64,000 bases of DNA from the NCBI GenBank assembly GCA_050633305.1, contig JBOEGF010000008.1:1-64000 (forward strand), read 5' to 3'. The notes beneath the pieces were generated by a model. That model did not search any database. It saw only the letters and a program-made list of their open reading frames with translations, and was not told the origin of the DNA. This stretch comes from Nannocystales bacterium (GTDB taxonomy: Bacteria > Myxococcota_A > Polyangia > Nannocystales > Nannocystaceae). The position numbers were made by a program, and so were the translations under genes. Of the stretch, positions 39,198 through 49,607 are shown piece by piece; positions within the stretch are counted from its first letter, which is position 1, and each line of letters opens with the position of its first letter.

Positions 39198-42100
39198 TCA
39201 GACCGACTCGGCTGTACCCGGCGCGAGCATCTCGAACAGCTTCTCGGGTGCCTGAATCTCCTCGCGCTCCGTGTAGGCCGCGGCGGAGACACGCAGGGTG
39301 TCGCCCTCGGAGCCACCGACAGCACCCGCCAGCAGCTGCTGCGTGAGCGCTGCATACAGCTCCATGCCGCCAGCCTCGAATCGCTCCAACGCGATGCGGG
39401 CGTTCGCAACGACGCCGTCTTGGTCGCCGCGAGCGTGGCAGACCAGTGCCGTCCCAAGGTAGCCGAAGCCCTGGGCGTGGCGGAGGCCAAGCTTGGTCAG
39501 GCCGCGGCTGGAGCGTTCGGCGGACGCGAGCAGAGTGCCGGGCTCAGCACTGCGCCGCGCCATCGCGAGCGTATTCTGGGTGAGCGCCCACAGATACGCG
39601 CCCTTGGGGAACGGCGCTCGCATCATGTCGAACGACTCGATTTCTTTGCGGCGCTCGGACTGCAGCGCCCACGCATCATCGATCTTGCCCTCGTATCGCA
39701 ACAGGGCGCTCATCGTGTCGACAAAGTTGAGGATGTGGGCCTGAAACCCGACCGGCAGCTCGTCCCGATAGAGTTCGAGCTGTTCACGGGCCTCTTCGAT
39801 ACGACCGTCGGCCAGATAGATCACGTGGCCCAACATCCCCCGCGCGTACCCTTGGCTGTACGGGTGGGTGCGTTGCGTCGACTCCCGCAGCAGCTTCTGT
39901 GCCCGAGGAGCCAGCACCCGGATGTGTCCCATCAACTGCTCGCACAGTGCCGCATGGATCTCGCAGTACCCGATCTCCTGCGCCGCGCCTGTGCAGCGCT
40001 CTCGGAACGTCTCCACGGCCTCGTCCAGGTGAGTCCGGCTCTGCGCCCAGTCCCCGAACATCAAGTGCACGTGGCCACGGGCCTGCGAGGCCATCCCACG
40101 GGCGTACTCGCTGTCCGCGTCCTCCGCCAACGTACTGGCCTGGTCGACGAGTTCGAAACACCGCATCCGACCCGACTCGGCTTTGAGGGAGGCGAGCAAG
40201 TGCGCCTCGAACCCAAGTGCCCTGGAGATTCGGATGCCATCGCCGGACTTCAGCGCCAGACGAAGGTGCCGGGCGTGGAAGTCCGCGGCAACGAGTCCGT
40301 CGGTGTAGACGAGCCCCCGAGCGGCGGTCCAACATGCGTCGAGCTTCCCGACCGTGGTCGCATCGAGTTCCTCGGGCGGTTTGACGGTCGCATTCAGACC
40401 CCGAACGCCGAGTGCGGCCCGGTTCGCCAGGAGCGAGGCCAGCGCACGGCCGCGCGTCTTGGGCAGTCGCATCGAGAACGCCGCGAGCACGCGCCGCAGG
40501 ACTTCGCGGCCCTCCGTCGAGTGACCGCTGGTGAGCAACAACTCCGCGGCGGACTGCAGCAGCGCGGCGTGTGCTTCGGCCGACGGGTCTTGTGCAGCCT
40601 CGAGAAGAACCTGTGCAGCGTCGTACTGGCGGCCTGCGCTGGCGAGTGCACGTCCGAGTCGCTCCTGAAGCCCCGCGCGTTGCTCGTCGGGGACCCCCAG
40701 CGCCAACGCAGCCTCGTAGAGTTCGGCGGCGCGATCGAACGCGAGCGCTTCGGCGGCCTCGTCTGCAGCACGAACGGTGTGGAGCGCCGCGAGCTCGGTC
40801 TCGCCTGCCTCGCGGAAGTGGTGACTGAGGTCGGCCGCATCCGCGTGGTCGGTCTCGACAAGCGCATGGCCGATCGCCAAGTGCAGGCCGGCACGCTCGC
40901 CAGAGCCCAGGTCCCTCAGGACCGTCTCTCGGATCCGGTCGTGGTTGATCTCGACCGGGTCGTGTTCTGCGTGCCCGTTGGTGCGCACCAAAGACTCGCT
41001 CCGGACCTCCGCCAACACGACGAGGCTGGAAGAGTTGAGTCCGCCGTCGGTCGCGACATGCATCGCGACACCCAAGGGAAGCTTTCCGCCGGAGACCGCG
41101 ATGACCGCCAACAAGCGGCGCGCGGTCGGGGACAACAGGCGCAGCCGGGCCCGAATCACGTCGTCGAGGCTGACGTCGGTGGCCGAATCTCGATCGGCGG
41201 TGGCCTCCCGGCGCATCGCGTGGCGGACGAGCTGCGCGACGAAGAACGGCGAGCCTTCCGACTCCCGAGCCACGGTCTCAGCCAGTGTCTGCGCGTGGGT
41301 CTGCCCCTGCCCCAGCAAGCGAAGCGCCAGCCCGGTCGCATCCTCGATGCTCATCGGACCGACGCGCAACGCTCGAACGTCGAGTGCAGGCTCGACCGCA
41401 TGCAGATCAGCGATGAACTGCCCCAGGATCGACACCTTCTCGGGAGCCCCCTCGCGGAAGCTGCACACCAACATCAAGGGCGGCGCGTCGACGTCTCGCA
41501 GCAAGGTCTCGAGAACGACCAGGCTGTCCAAGTCGGACCACTGCAGATCGTCGATGTACACGATGAGCGGCCGCGCATCAGCGATGCGACCAAGCAGCTC
41601 ACGAAGCGCTTCGATGCCTCGTCGGCGCGCCTCGTGGGGCATCATGTCGACCTGGCGGTGGATCGGCGCGAGCGCGATGGCGGGAACGCTGAGCAGGACG
41701 GGAAACAGCCGCGTGATTGCGCCGACGTTCCGCGGCAGAACGGCCTTCACCTCCGCCGCGGTCTCCATGGACCGCAACACTCCGGTCAGCGTGTCGATGG
41801 CGGAGTCGAGCGCCTTGTACGGGATCGATTCGCGCTCGGAGCACTTTCCACCGAGAACCACCGCGCCCTCGCGGGTCGCCCGGCCGAGAAAGCGTTGCAC
41901 CAACGCACTCTTCCCGATGCCCGAGACCCCCTCGACCATCACGACGACCGGTCGCCCAGCTCGTGTGGCTTCGTACGCCACCTGCAGCTTGGAGAACTCA
42001 TCGTCCCGGCCCAAGAACAGATCGCCGGAGCCATCCTCGACCGGGGGCACGGTGGCATCGGAGCCCAGTCGTTCGAGGATCGCCGGACCGTCGGGGCGCA

Positions 42101-43040
42101 TCTCGGGGTCGCGCACGAGCAAGTCCATGCAAAGCGCCTCCAGATCGTCGGGAACCCCTGGGTTGAGTTCGCTCGGCCTGGGTGGCACGGCGTCCTTCTT
42201 CGCAGCGAGCAACGCGAGGATGCCCATGCCCCCATACGGCGGCCGTCCGGTGAGCGCCTGAAACAGCATCTCGCCGACCGTGTACCAATCGCTCGAACGT
42301 CCGATCGGGTCACCCGCCGCCTGCTCGGGTGACATGAACAGCGGCGTCCCCAACACGGCACCATCGGCAGTCACACCAACACCCAACGAGGAGTCGATGT
42401 CGCGGACGAGGCCAAAGTCCAAGATGACGATCCGGCCGCCCTTCTCGACCATCACGTTGGAGGGCTTGAGATCGCGATGTAGAAACCCAGCATCGTGAAT
42501 CGCTTGCACGCCCTCGGCGAGCTGACGCATCGCGTCTCGGAGCTTGTCGAAATCCCTCGCGGGTTCGTGAATGGTCCGCGCGCCGTCGCGGGCGGGGCCG
42601 CACACGTACTCCACGAAGCTATCGCCACGGATCAGCTCCATCGAGAAGAACAAGCGGTTCCCCTGGAACGTGAGCTCGTGCAGCTGGATGACGTTGCGAT
42701 GACGAACGTCGGCCAGCGCCCGGAACTCCCGCTTGAATCGCACCAGCCCATCGGGGCTCATCCCCAGGACTGCCTTGACCGCGACCGAGGCTGCTCCGGG
42801 TTCGGGCGGCTCTCCCTCGAACACTTCCCCAACCGCACCGCGGCCGAGACGCCCGACGATCGTGTATCGACCCAAGCGCTCGGGCAGCGCGTTCTCGTCT
42901 TCCTCTTCCAGGGGTTTACGATCCTGCAGAACGTTGGTCTCTGTCCTCGTCCCGACGGCGCGGCCCTTCCCACGTTGCGTGCGTTTGTCGCCTGCCAACT
43001 TGCCCCCCCGAAGGTTCGCGCGTTTCCCCGAACCGGGCAA
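39198..43040 (-). CDS. Ser/Thr protein kinase with AAA ATPase and TPR-like domains
   Basis: LGRGAVGEV, VAVK, HRDLKPSN, DFG, GTPLFMSPEQ, then GVSGIGKS and IDDLQWSD. The start is uncertain. Confidence 0.92.
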   Translation of the reverse strand: MPGSGKRANLRGGKLAGDKRTQRGKGRAVGTRTETNVLQDRKPLEEEDENALPERLGRYTIVGRLGRGAVGEVFEGEPPEPGAASVAVKAVLGMSPDGLVRFKREFRALADVRHRNVIQLHELTFQGNRLFFSMELIRGDSFVEYVCGPARDGARTIHEPARDFDKLRDAMRQLAEGVQAIHDAGFLHRDLKPSNVMVEKGGRIVILDFGLVRDIDSSLGVGVTADGAVLGTPLFMSPEQAAGDPIGRSSDWYTVGEMLFQALTGRPPYGGMGILALLAAKKDAVPPRPSELNPGVPDDLEALCMDLLVRDPEMRPDGPAILERLGSDATVPPVEDGSGDLFLGRDDEFSKLQVAYEATRAGRPVVVMVEGVSGIGKSALVQRFLGRATREGAVVLGGKCSERESIPYKALDSAIDTLTGVLRSMETAAEVKAVLPRNVGAITRLFPVLLSVPAIALAPIHRQVDMMPHEARRRGIEALRELLGRIADARPLIVYIDDLQWSDLDSLVVLETLLRDVDAPPLMLVCSFREGAPEKVSILGQFIADLHAVEPALDVRALRVGPMSIEDATGLALRLLGQGQTHAQTLAETVARESEGSPFFVAQLVRHAMRREATADRDSATDVSLDDVIRARLRLLSPTARRLLAVIAVSGGKLPLGVAMHVATDGGLNSSSLVVLAEVRSESLVRTNGHAEHDPVEINHDRIRETVLRDLGSGERAGLHLAIGHALVETDHADAADLSHHFREAGETELAALHTVRAADEAAEALAFDRAAELYEAALALGVPDEQRAGLQERLGRALASAGRQYDAAQVLLEAAQDPSAEAHAALLQSAAELLLTSGHSTEGREVLRRVLAAFSMRLPKTRGRALASLLANRAALGVRGLNATVKPPEELDATTVGKLDACWTAARGLVYTDGLVAADFHARHLRLALKSGDGIRISRALGFEAHLLASLKAESGRMRCFELVDQASTLAEDADSEYARGMASQARGHVHLMFGDWAQSRTHLDEAVETFRERCTGAAQEIGYCEIHAALCEQLMGHIRVLAPRAQKLLRESTQRTHPYSQGYARGMLGHVIYLADGRIEEAREQLELYRDELPVGFQAHILNFVDTMSALLRYEGKIDDAWALQSERRKEIESFDMMRAPFPKGAYLWALTQNTLAMARRSAEPGTLLASAERSSRGLTKLGLRHAQGFGYLGTALVCHARGDQDGVVANARIALERFEAGGMELYAALTQQLLAGAVGGSEGDTLRVSAAAYTEREEIQAPEKLFEMLAPGTAESV

Positions 43041-43074
43041 GCTGTGGAGCCGCTTTCACAGGTCCGTTTCGGGT

Positions 43075-44211
43075 TCACTCGGAGATGGCGGTCAGGTAGG
43101 CCGCCACGTCGTGACTGGTCGGCTCCAAGGATTTCTTTCCGTCGAGCCGGTGCCGAAGGGTTGAAATCGCCTCGTAGACCGACTTGCGAACGCGGTTGAT
43201 CCCGCCGATCGGGCGGTGCTCGATTCGCGTCTGCCAGGGGTTGAACGACAGGAACTCGCACATCTGGCGCCGCTCGTCGGTGTCGAAAGACTGCTCGGGA
43301 ATCTCGACCCGGGCGACCGTACGGTACGGAGAAATGCTCGTCGGCCAGGGCACGGTGGGGTCTTCCACGGGCATCTGGTTGGGATCGAGCTGGAGCTGGA
43401 CCTGCAGCTCGAAACACGCGCCTTCCGCCGCCATGTCGCGCACGAGTTGCGTTCGCAAGTAGTTCTTCCCCAGCTTCCGGCGCCTACGCCGGTCCGGCTC
43501 ACACGGCATCGCACCGTACTTCACCGCCATCCCGTCCCCAAAAAGGTACGGGGTCATCGAAAAATAATCCGGCTGCCGGGGCGAGACGACTCGCTGCATC
43601 GCGAGTTTTTCCGCCGAGCTCAGCTCGGGGCGGTAGCTCTTCCCCTCGTGAAAGAAGAACCGCAGGGGGTGGCCGATCGTGCTGTCTCGGGTGAACTCGA
43701 CGTAGTCCGCCGCGTTCTTCACGACGAACTGCGGGTAGTTGATGAGGATGATGTCCTGCGAGGTCTCGTCCTCGTGACCCGGAAGCGCCTTCGTGCCGGG
43801 CACGTTCATCATCTTGATCGCCATGCCGCGCCCGTCGGGAATTCGGTCGCGCTGGAACTTGTCCGACGAGTTCGAAAAACGAATCCAGGCGTCGAAGCTC
43901 GCGGGCGTCGAGAACAATCCCACCGCGAGCTCCGAGGGAAGATCGTCCTCGATGGTCACGGACGCGGTCAGGCAACCGTGGGGCTTCACATGCGCGTCAC
44001 GATGCGCGGTCCCGGTTTTTTCGTACCCCTTCTTCACGAACTCGAGCAACAGAGCCTCGCTGGCGGCGATGTCCTTGCCCTCGTTCGGCGGCACCCACTC
44101 CTCCCCCGCCTTCATGTTCACCGGCCACGGGTTGGGCTCGGCGGGGTCGTGTCTGCCCTTGCAACCGGCCACACTCAGCGCGACCGCCATCGCGACGAAG
44201 AAGCGCTTCAT
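43075..44211 (-). CDS. Catalase-related heme protein (mini-catalase), lipoprotein
   Basis: MKRFFVAMAVALSVAGC lipobox. RDAHVKPHG (distal His), IRFSN, DGRGMAIK, LSFNPW and RVRKSVY (proximal Tyr). Confidence 0.88.
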   Translation of the reverse strand: MKRFFVAMAVALSVAGCKGRHDPAEPNPWPVNMKAGEEWVPPNEGKDIAASEALLLEFVKKGYEKTGTAHRDAHVKPHGCLTASVTIEDDLPSELAVGLFSTPASFDAWIRFSNSSDKFQRDRIPDGRGMAIKMMNVPGTKALPGHEDETSQDIILINYPQFVVKNAADYVEFTRDSTIGHPLRFFFHEGKSYRPELSSAEKLAMQRVVSPRQPDYFSMTPYLFGDGMAVKYGAMPCEPDRRRRRKLGKNYLRTQLVRDMAAEGACFELQVQLQLDPNQMPVEDPTVPWPTSISPYRTVARVEIPEQSFDTDERRQMCEFLSFNPWQTRIEHRPIGGINRVRKSVYEAISTLRHRLDGKKSLEPTSHDVAAYLTAISE

Positions 44212-45575
44212 GCGGGTCCCTGCGCAAGCTCTGCGAGCGAGGACAGGCTCGGCACAAAGAAGTACGCGCCGCCCCGTGTTTCAACGAACCTCGGCAGGTC
44301 CCAGCAGAACGAAGGCTTGCTCGCCCCCTGGATGAGCAGCTTCCCGGTGCCATCGTGGTTGCCCACCAGAGGGTCCTTATCGGCCTCGATGGAGAGCGCT
44401 CGCGACGAGATCGACGCGTTCATCCAGTTGCGCTGGACGTACTCGAACTGGTTTTCGATGTCCGTGTTGATCACCCCGAACATCACCCCGCGGTCGGTGT
44501 CATCGGTCGTGCCCTCGGGAAGCCACGGACCATACGGGAGCGCCCGGCGAATGATCCGGTGGCTCCGGACCTGAATCGCGGTCGGCCCCGTAGGATCGTC
44601 TCGCGGGTTGGCCCGGCGGATGTGCGCACCGAAAGGACACGCGTGCCCCTTGTCATCGCCTGTGTAGTGAAAGTCGTTGTTGCGGCTTGGGTCGCCCGCA
44701 AGACCGGGGTCGTCCTTCGTCTTCGCAAGAACCAAGGGCGCTCCACTGCGCCACCGACCGACCATCTTCGCGGCCAAGAGTTCCTCGGACAGACCGCTGA
44801 CCTCAGCGCTGGAAGCCAGGTACTCCCGAAACGACGCCACGTTCTCGGCCAGCTTGCGAAGCGCAAAGTAGCTGCCGTCCTTCTGGAATGCGTGGACACT
44901 TCGGGGCAGGCTTCCGGGCTCCAGCGGATAGCCGAGCACGAACTCGCCTGCCTGGACCGGTGCCCACTTGCCGTCCTTCTCTGGCACCCCCTCCCCTTTC
45001 CAGGGCTTCAGGCCGCTGCCATCGACGAACGGCTGGCCGATGCCATCGACGTAGCCGAAGTGTTCCGTCCCCGCCGGTTTGTCTGGGAGATGCGCAGCGT
45101 CGTCCCGCCCCACACGAACAAGAGCATCTCCGAGCGAATCCTCGACCTGGCGAATGCCCGCTTCGATGCTCGTGCGATCGGCTCCCGCAATCGACACCAA
45201 GATGTCCACATCGGCTTTGCCCAGTCCTCCGGTCCATCGCGCGGGCGCACTGCGCCCATCGTCGCCGAGACGGTCAGCCCGAGCCCCCATCCCGTCGGAG
45301 AACGGCCTCGGCCACTGCACGTCGTCGGGAACCGCGAGCTTCGCCAGCCCACCATGGGTAAAGGCCACGGCCAGTACGAAGGGTCCTTGCCCCGCGTCGA
45401 ACCGAGCACAACTCGTGACCGAAGGAAGAAGCTTGGCCAGCCACGCCTGTGCACCTGCGACATCCGCGATGCGGAGGTACGCGTAGTGCTGATACGGATG
45501 CGCTTCGAGCACGCGGTAGCCGCGAAGCACGATGCTCTGGACGTTGTCCAACGCGATGGAGGTGGTCATGTTCAT
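44208..45575 (-). CDS. Dyp-type peroxidase
   Basis: EHFGYVDGIGQP, AKMVGRWRSG, CPFGAHIRRANPR, HRIIRRALPYG and QFEYVQRNW. Overlaps both neighbours by ATGA. Confidence 0.92.
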   Translation of the reverse strand: MNMTTSIALDNVQSIVLRGYRVLEAHPYQHYAYLRIADVAGAQAWLAKLLPSVTSCARFDAGQGPFVLAVAFTHGGLAKLAVPDDVQWPRPFSDGMGARADRLGDDGRSAPARWTGGLGKADVDILVSIAGADRTSIEAGIRQVEDSLGDALVRVGRDDAAHLPDKPAGTEHFGYVDGIGQPFVDGSGLKPWKGEGVPEKDGKWAPVQAGEFVLGYPLEPGSLPRSVHAFQKDGSYFALRKLAENVASFREYLASSAEVSGLSEELLAAKMVGRWRSGAPLVLAKTKDDPGLAGDPSRNNDFHYTGDDKGHACPFGAHIRRANPRDDPTGPTAIQVRSHRIIRRALPYGPWLPEGTTDDTDRGVMFGVINTDIENQFEYVQRNWMNASISSRALSIEADKDPLVGNHDGTGKLLIQGASKPSFCWDLPRFVETRGGAYFFVPSLSSLAELAQGPA

Positions 45576-46738
45576 GCCAGCAAGCTCTGGTTGCGGTGAA
45601 TGAATCGTTCGACATGCTTCACGAGTCGCTCACCGCCCGAAGGAGCCTCCCTCGTGAACCAGATGAGCTTCTTGCCCAGCGCGAGAGACTTCTGGATCTC
45701 CTTCACCGTCTGATTCGAGTACGACATGTAGAAGTAGTCCCTGGGCAGTCGGCGGTCCTCGAGGAACTTCGCCAGCGCAGGCGCGTCTGCAGCTCCACCT
45801 GCCGGATACCCGATGGCGCCCCCCCACACGAGATCCAGTTTCTTCGGGATGTGCACCGCGAAGTCGCTGATGTACTGCTCCCACTCGCCGTCGTAGACGG
45901 ACTCGAACAGGATCTTCGTGCGCGTGATCTTGGCGAACCTCGCGTAGTGCACCGTCGGGATCTGGCGCAGCGGGTGGATGTTGAGGTGGTCGAGGAACCA
46001 CTCTCCATCCTTGAGCGTCTTGTCCAACCGCTTCACCCAATCCTCGTGGAGGTCGAACACCATCGTGAACGGGTTCTGTCGGTCGGGCGCACTCAGCTGA
46101 GCGGCCGTGAGTTCGTCCGCGGCGTCCTCGCTGTGCGTGTCGATGCGAGCACGGTTGGTCTCCAGGAACGCGGTGTATGACGCCCCGGCTGTATCCGGAT
46201 GACGTTGGACCGCCTTGACGAACTCGAGAAACTCGAGGCGAAGCGGGGTCGCCTCTCGCACAGCTGGTTCACTCGCGCGGTCGAATGCCGAGTACAGCAT
46301 CAGCGTGGGTGACTCGTGCAACTTCAGGAACGTCCGCATCGCGGCGGTGTCCGCGGCACCGCCGTTGGGGTACCCCTCGGTCAGCCGCAACACTGGGTCG
46401 AGCCGCGTTGCGTTCTCGGCCATGAGATTGAGCAAGGCGTTGAGGTCCGCATCGAACACGGCGGAGACCAGCAACGTCGTGTCATCGAGCGGGAGCATGC
46501 GCAGGTAGTGAACTTCCCCGACGGGGTGTTCGAACACATGCTTCTCGAGCTGGGCATGGAGGGCGGCCTTCTGCCCCGACTTGATCGGCAGCAACACCGC
46601 GATCGTCTCCGGGACGACCTTCTCCCCGATGTCCGGGGGAATGACCGGAGGACGCGGTTTGCAAGCCAGCAGGGCAGACGACGCGGCACCCAGACACAGT
46701 GTGCGTCGCCTCAGATGGAGGCGGTCGGAGGCTCCCAC
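45572..46738 (-). CDS. Tat-exported lipoprotein with duplicated domain (DyP-associated)
   Basis: RRRTLCLGAASSALLAC. Internal duplication (VHYLR...FDAD...GYPNGGAADTAAMRTFL / VHYAR...YDGE...GYPAGGAADAPALAKFL). Start inferred. Confidence 0.7.
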   Translation of the reverse strand: MGASDRLHLRRRTLCLGAASSALLACKPRPPVIPPDIGEKVVPETIAVLLPIKSGQKAALHAQLEKHVFEHPVGEVHYLRMLPLDDTTLLVSAVFDADLNALLNLMAENATRLDPVLRLTEGYPNGGAADTAAMRTFLKLHESPTLMLYSAFDRASEPAVREATPLRLEFLEFVKAVQRHPDTAGASYTAFLETNRARIDTHSEDAADELTAAQLSAPDRQNPFTMVFDLHEDWVKRLDKTLKDGEWFLDHLNIHPLRQIPTVHYARFAKITRTKILFESVYDGEWEQYISDFAVHIPKKLDLVWGGAIGYPAGGAADAPALAKFLEDRRLPRDYFYMSYSNQTVKEIQKSLALGKKLIWFTREAPSGGERLVKHVERFIHRNQSLLA

Positions 46739-46866
46739 AGGCGCGCAGCGTATCACCGGCCCGTCGAGAGGTCCCCGACTCCAAAACTGCACTCGGTGTA
46801 TCGAAAATGACCGAGGCATCGCTCTTTGCGTTCCCCCGCACGACCGCGAGACACTGCACACTCGGC

Positions 46867-47619
46867 ATGAAGACGACGCGTAGGACACTTCTCGGCCACG
46901 CCACCGCGGCGCCTCTTGGACTCCTCCTGCCGAGCAGTACCCTCGCCTGCGCAACCGGTTCCGCAGCCAGCACAGCCCCACCGAGGTCGTCCGCCGCCCC
47001 TGCCTCGCCGACGACTCCGGTCGTGCCCACGCCCCTTCCTTTCGATCCCACGCGCTTACCGGGCCTCTCGGAGCGACTCCTGCGCTCGCACCATGAGAAC
47101 AACTACACCGGCGCGGTCAAGAAGCTCAACACGGCCCGGGCCCAGTTGCAGACCCTCCCCGCCGACGCTCCCGGGTTCGTCTTGGGCGGGTTGGCGAAGA
47201 GCGAGTTGGCCTTCAACCACTCCGTCACGCTGCACGAGCTCTACTTCGGGAACTTGACGGGTGGCGGCTCCAAGGGCTCTGCCACCCGCGGGCTCTTGGC
47301 AGATCACTTCGGCGGCGACGCGGCCTGGGAAGCCCGGTTTCGCGCCCTCGGCCAGAGTCTAGGAGGAGGGAGCGGCTGGGCGATCCTAGAGTTCGACCTG
47401 AGGCTGGGAGTCCCACGCATGTACGTCGCGGGCGACCACAGCCAGGGCCTGTCCACAGGCATCCCCCTGCTCGTCCTGGACATGTACGAGCACAGCTACC
47501 ACATGGACTACGGCACAGCAGCCGCCCGCTACATCGACGCTTTCTTCGCGAACGTACACTGGGAAGAAGTCGACCGACGCACCGAACAAGCCCGACAGGT
47601 CGCCACCTTGCTGGGTTGA
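46867..47619 (+). CDS. Fe/Mn superoxide dismutase family protein (ChrC-like), Tat signal
   Basis: MKTTRRTLL signal, with HHENNY, LHELYFGNL, GGGSGW and LDMYEHSYHMDYG. Confidence 0.88.
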   Translation: MKTTRRTLLGHATAAPLGLLLPSSTLACATGSAASTAPPRSSAAPASPTTPVVPTPLPFDPTRLPGLSERLLRSHHENNYTGAVKKLNTARAQLQTLPADAPGFVLGGLAKSELAFNHSVTLHELYFGNLTGGGSKGSATRGLLADHFGGDAAWEARFRALGQSLGGGSGWAILEFDLRLGVPRMYVAGDHSQGLSTGIPLLVLDMYEHSYHMDYGTAAARYIDAFFANVHWEEVDRRTEQARQVATLLG

Positions 47620-47631
47620 CCCCTCATCGCC

Positions 47632-48588
47632 ATGTCCGACCCCATCCCCGTCACCGTCGTCACCGGTTTTCTAGGCGCCGGAAAGTCCACCCTGCTCGAC
47701 CAGTGGTTGCGCGAGCTTCCGCCCAAGAGCACCGCCGTCTTGATCAACGAACAGGGCCGCATCGGAATCGACGGGGAGCTCCTCGCGGAGCGGGTCTCCC
47801 GGATCCGCGAGATCACGGGGGGTTGCATCTGCTGCCAAGCCCAAGCCGAGCTCGATGCCGCGCTCGCCGAGTTTGCAGCGTCAACACCTCGCCCGACCCG
47901 CATCCTCGTCGAAACGTCGGGCGCCGCATCTCCGGCCGGAGTCATTCGTGCGCTCACCTGGGGCTCGGCCCGGGAGTCTCTGCGGCTGGACGGCGTCGTG
48001 ACGGTCCTCGATGCATCGACCGCAGACAAGATGCTGGCGTTCGACCTCACCGTCGAGCAGCTTGGGTTCGCGGACGTCGTCGTTCTTTCACACGCCGATG
48101 CGTGTCGCGATGTAGAGCTCGCGGCCCTCGAGAGCACGCTGGGCGGCTACGCGCCGGGGGCCGCATTCGCACGCGGTCGGCACGGACGACTCGAAGGCGA
48201 AGACCACGGCACCCTGCTCGCCCTGCTCGAGACTCGCTCCGGGGTCTTACGCGCTGTCCCCTCGGCATCGGGCACCGCCGACCGCCACGGCATCGATGCC
48301 GTCTCCCTCAGCTTCGACGGCGAACTCGACGGCGAACGATTCTCGGACTGGGTTGAAGCCGCGCTGGGCTCGGTACAGGCGAGAATCCTCCGGGTCAAAG
48401 GCATCCTCGCGGTCGAAGGCCTCGACGAGCGCGTGATCGTGCAGGGTGTGAGCGAGGCCGTCGAGGTCACACTCGGGCCGGTGTGGGAGGATGGTCCCCG
48501 TACCAGCCGCTTGGTCGTCCTCGGCCTCGAACTCGAGGAAGAAACACTCCGCGAGGGGTTCGACGCGTGCACGATTCCGCGGACATGA
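47632..48588 (+). CDS. CobW/COG0523 family metal-chaperone GTPase
   Basis: TGFLGAGKST, INEQG, GGCICC, VETSG, LRVKG and VQGV. Confidence 0.92.
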   Translation: MSDPIPVTVVTGFLGAGKSTLLDQWLRELPPKSTAVLINEQGRIGIDGELLAERVSRIREITGGCICCQAQAELDAALAEFAASTPRPTRILVETSGAASPAGVIRALTWGSARESLRLDGVVTVLDASTADKMLAFDLTVEQLGFADVVVLSHADACRDVELAALESTLGGYAPGAAFARGRHGRLEGEDHGTLLALLETRSGVLRAVPSASGTADRHGIDAVSLSFDGELDGERFSDWVEAALGSVQARILRVKGILAVEGLDERVIVQGVSEAVEVTLGPVWEDGPRTSRLVVLGLELEEETLREGFDACTIPRT

Positions 48589-48655
48589 GGGCGAGCGTTC
48601 TCATCGTCGGAGGAGGCGTGTGTGGTCAAACCCAGCGCCCGGACGACCCCGGCCC

Positions 48656-49402
48656 TCAGGCAGAGGCCGGCATCTGAATGATGCCGAACGTCAAGCCTGC
48701 GGGGTCCTGAGCGATTGCCATGCGGCCCACGCCCTCGGCATCCCAGGCGGGCGCGACGACCTTGCCCCCCTGCTTCTCGATCGACGAAGCGATCGAGTCC
48801 ACCGACTCCACATTCACCCACGCGAGCCACATCGAGGGCGCGTGCTCGTTCATCCCCGTCATCGCGCCAGCCCGGGTGCCCGTCTCCGGCGAGAGCATCA
48901 CGTACTTGCCCATGGGCATGTCCCGAGTCTGCTGCGCGAAGCCAAGACCATCCAAAGCCTTGAGGTCGGCATCGAGGTCCTTGGAGTGCAGGTCGACCCA
49001 ACAGATGTGGCCAAGATCGGCCGGGTTGTCCGTATCGTCCGCGTTCGCCTCGCGGTAGAGGCTGAAATGCGCCCCGCTGGGCATTTTCACCGTCGAGAAA
49101 CGTCCGGGCGGAATGTCGGTCGGGGGTACCAGAACCTCCCCGCCGTGCTTGGTCAGCGTGGCGACCGCGGCGTCGACGTCTTCGACCCGCAGGTAGTTGT
49201 TCCACCACGTCGGCTCTCCCTCTTCGGGTTGACGCAGGTGCGCGAACTGCTTGCCCTCGTGCGCAAGCATGGTCATCGGCCCGTCACCCATGTCGACCTC
49301 TTCGCGCGTCCATCCGAAAACGCCGGTCAGGAATCCAGCCGACTTCGATGCGTCGGGGGTTACGAGGCCGTTCCAGCAGAAGGTGTTGTTGCTCAGTGCC
49401 AT
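48656..49402 (-). CDS. VOC/glyoxalase family protein (two domains)
   Basis: FCWNGL...WNNYLRVEDVD...GG and ICWVDL...WLAWVNVESVD...DPAG. Confidence 0.88.
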   Translation of the reverse strand: MALSNNTFCWNGLVTPDASKSAGFLTGVFGWTREEVDMGDGPMTMLAHEGKQFAHLRQPEEGEPTWWNNYLRVEDVDAAVATLTKHGGEVLVPPTDIPPGRFSTVKMPSGAHFSLYREANADDTDNPADLGHICWVDLHSKDLDADLKALDGLGFAQQTRDMPMGKYVMLSPETGTRAGAMTGMNEHAPSMWLAWVNVESVDSIASSIEKQGGKVVAPAWDAEGVGRMAIAQDPAGLTFGIIQMPASA

Positions 49403-49607
49403 ATCGACCCCAGGACGAACGGGCTCGGGGGGAATCGACAGCGGCCGATTCTTTTTTTTGTAGAAACTCGTCGCGGAGGATGCGGGTTTCACGCTCCGCC
49501 CGAGAATCCCGGCTCTCTCGCTCCATTCACGAACGCATGAGCCTGCCTCGGATCCGGGCGTTTCCGGTCCCGAACGGCGGGGCTACACCCAAAGCGGAGG
49601 TTCACAC

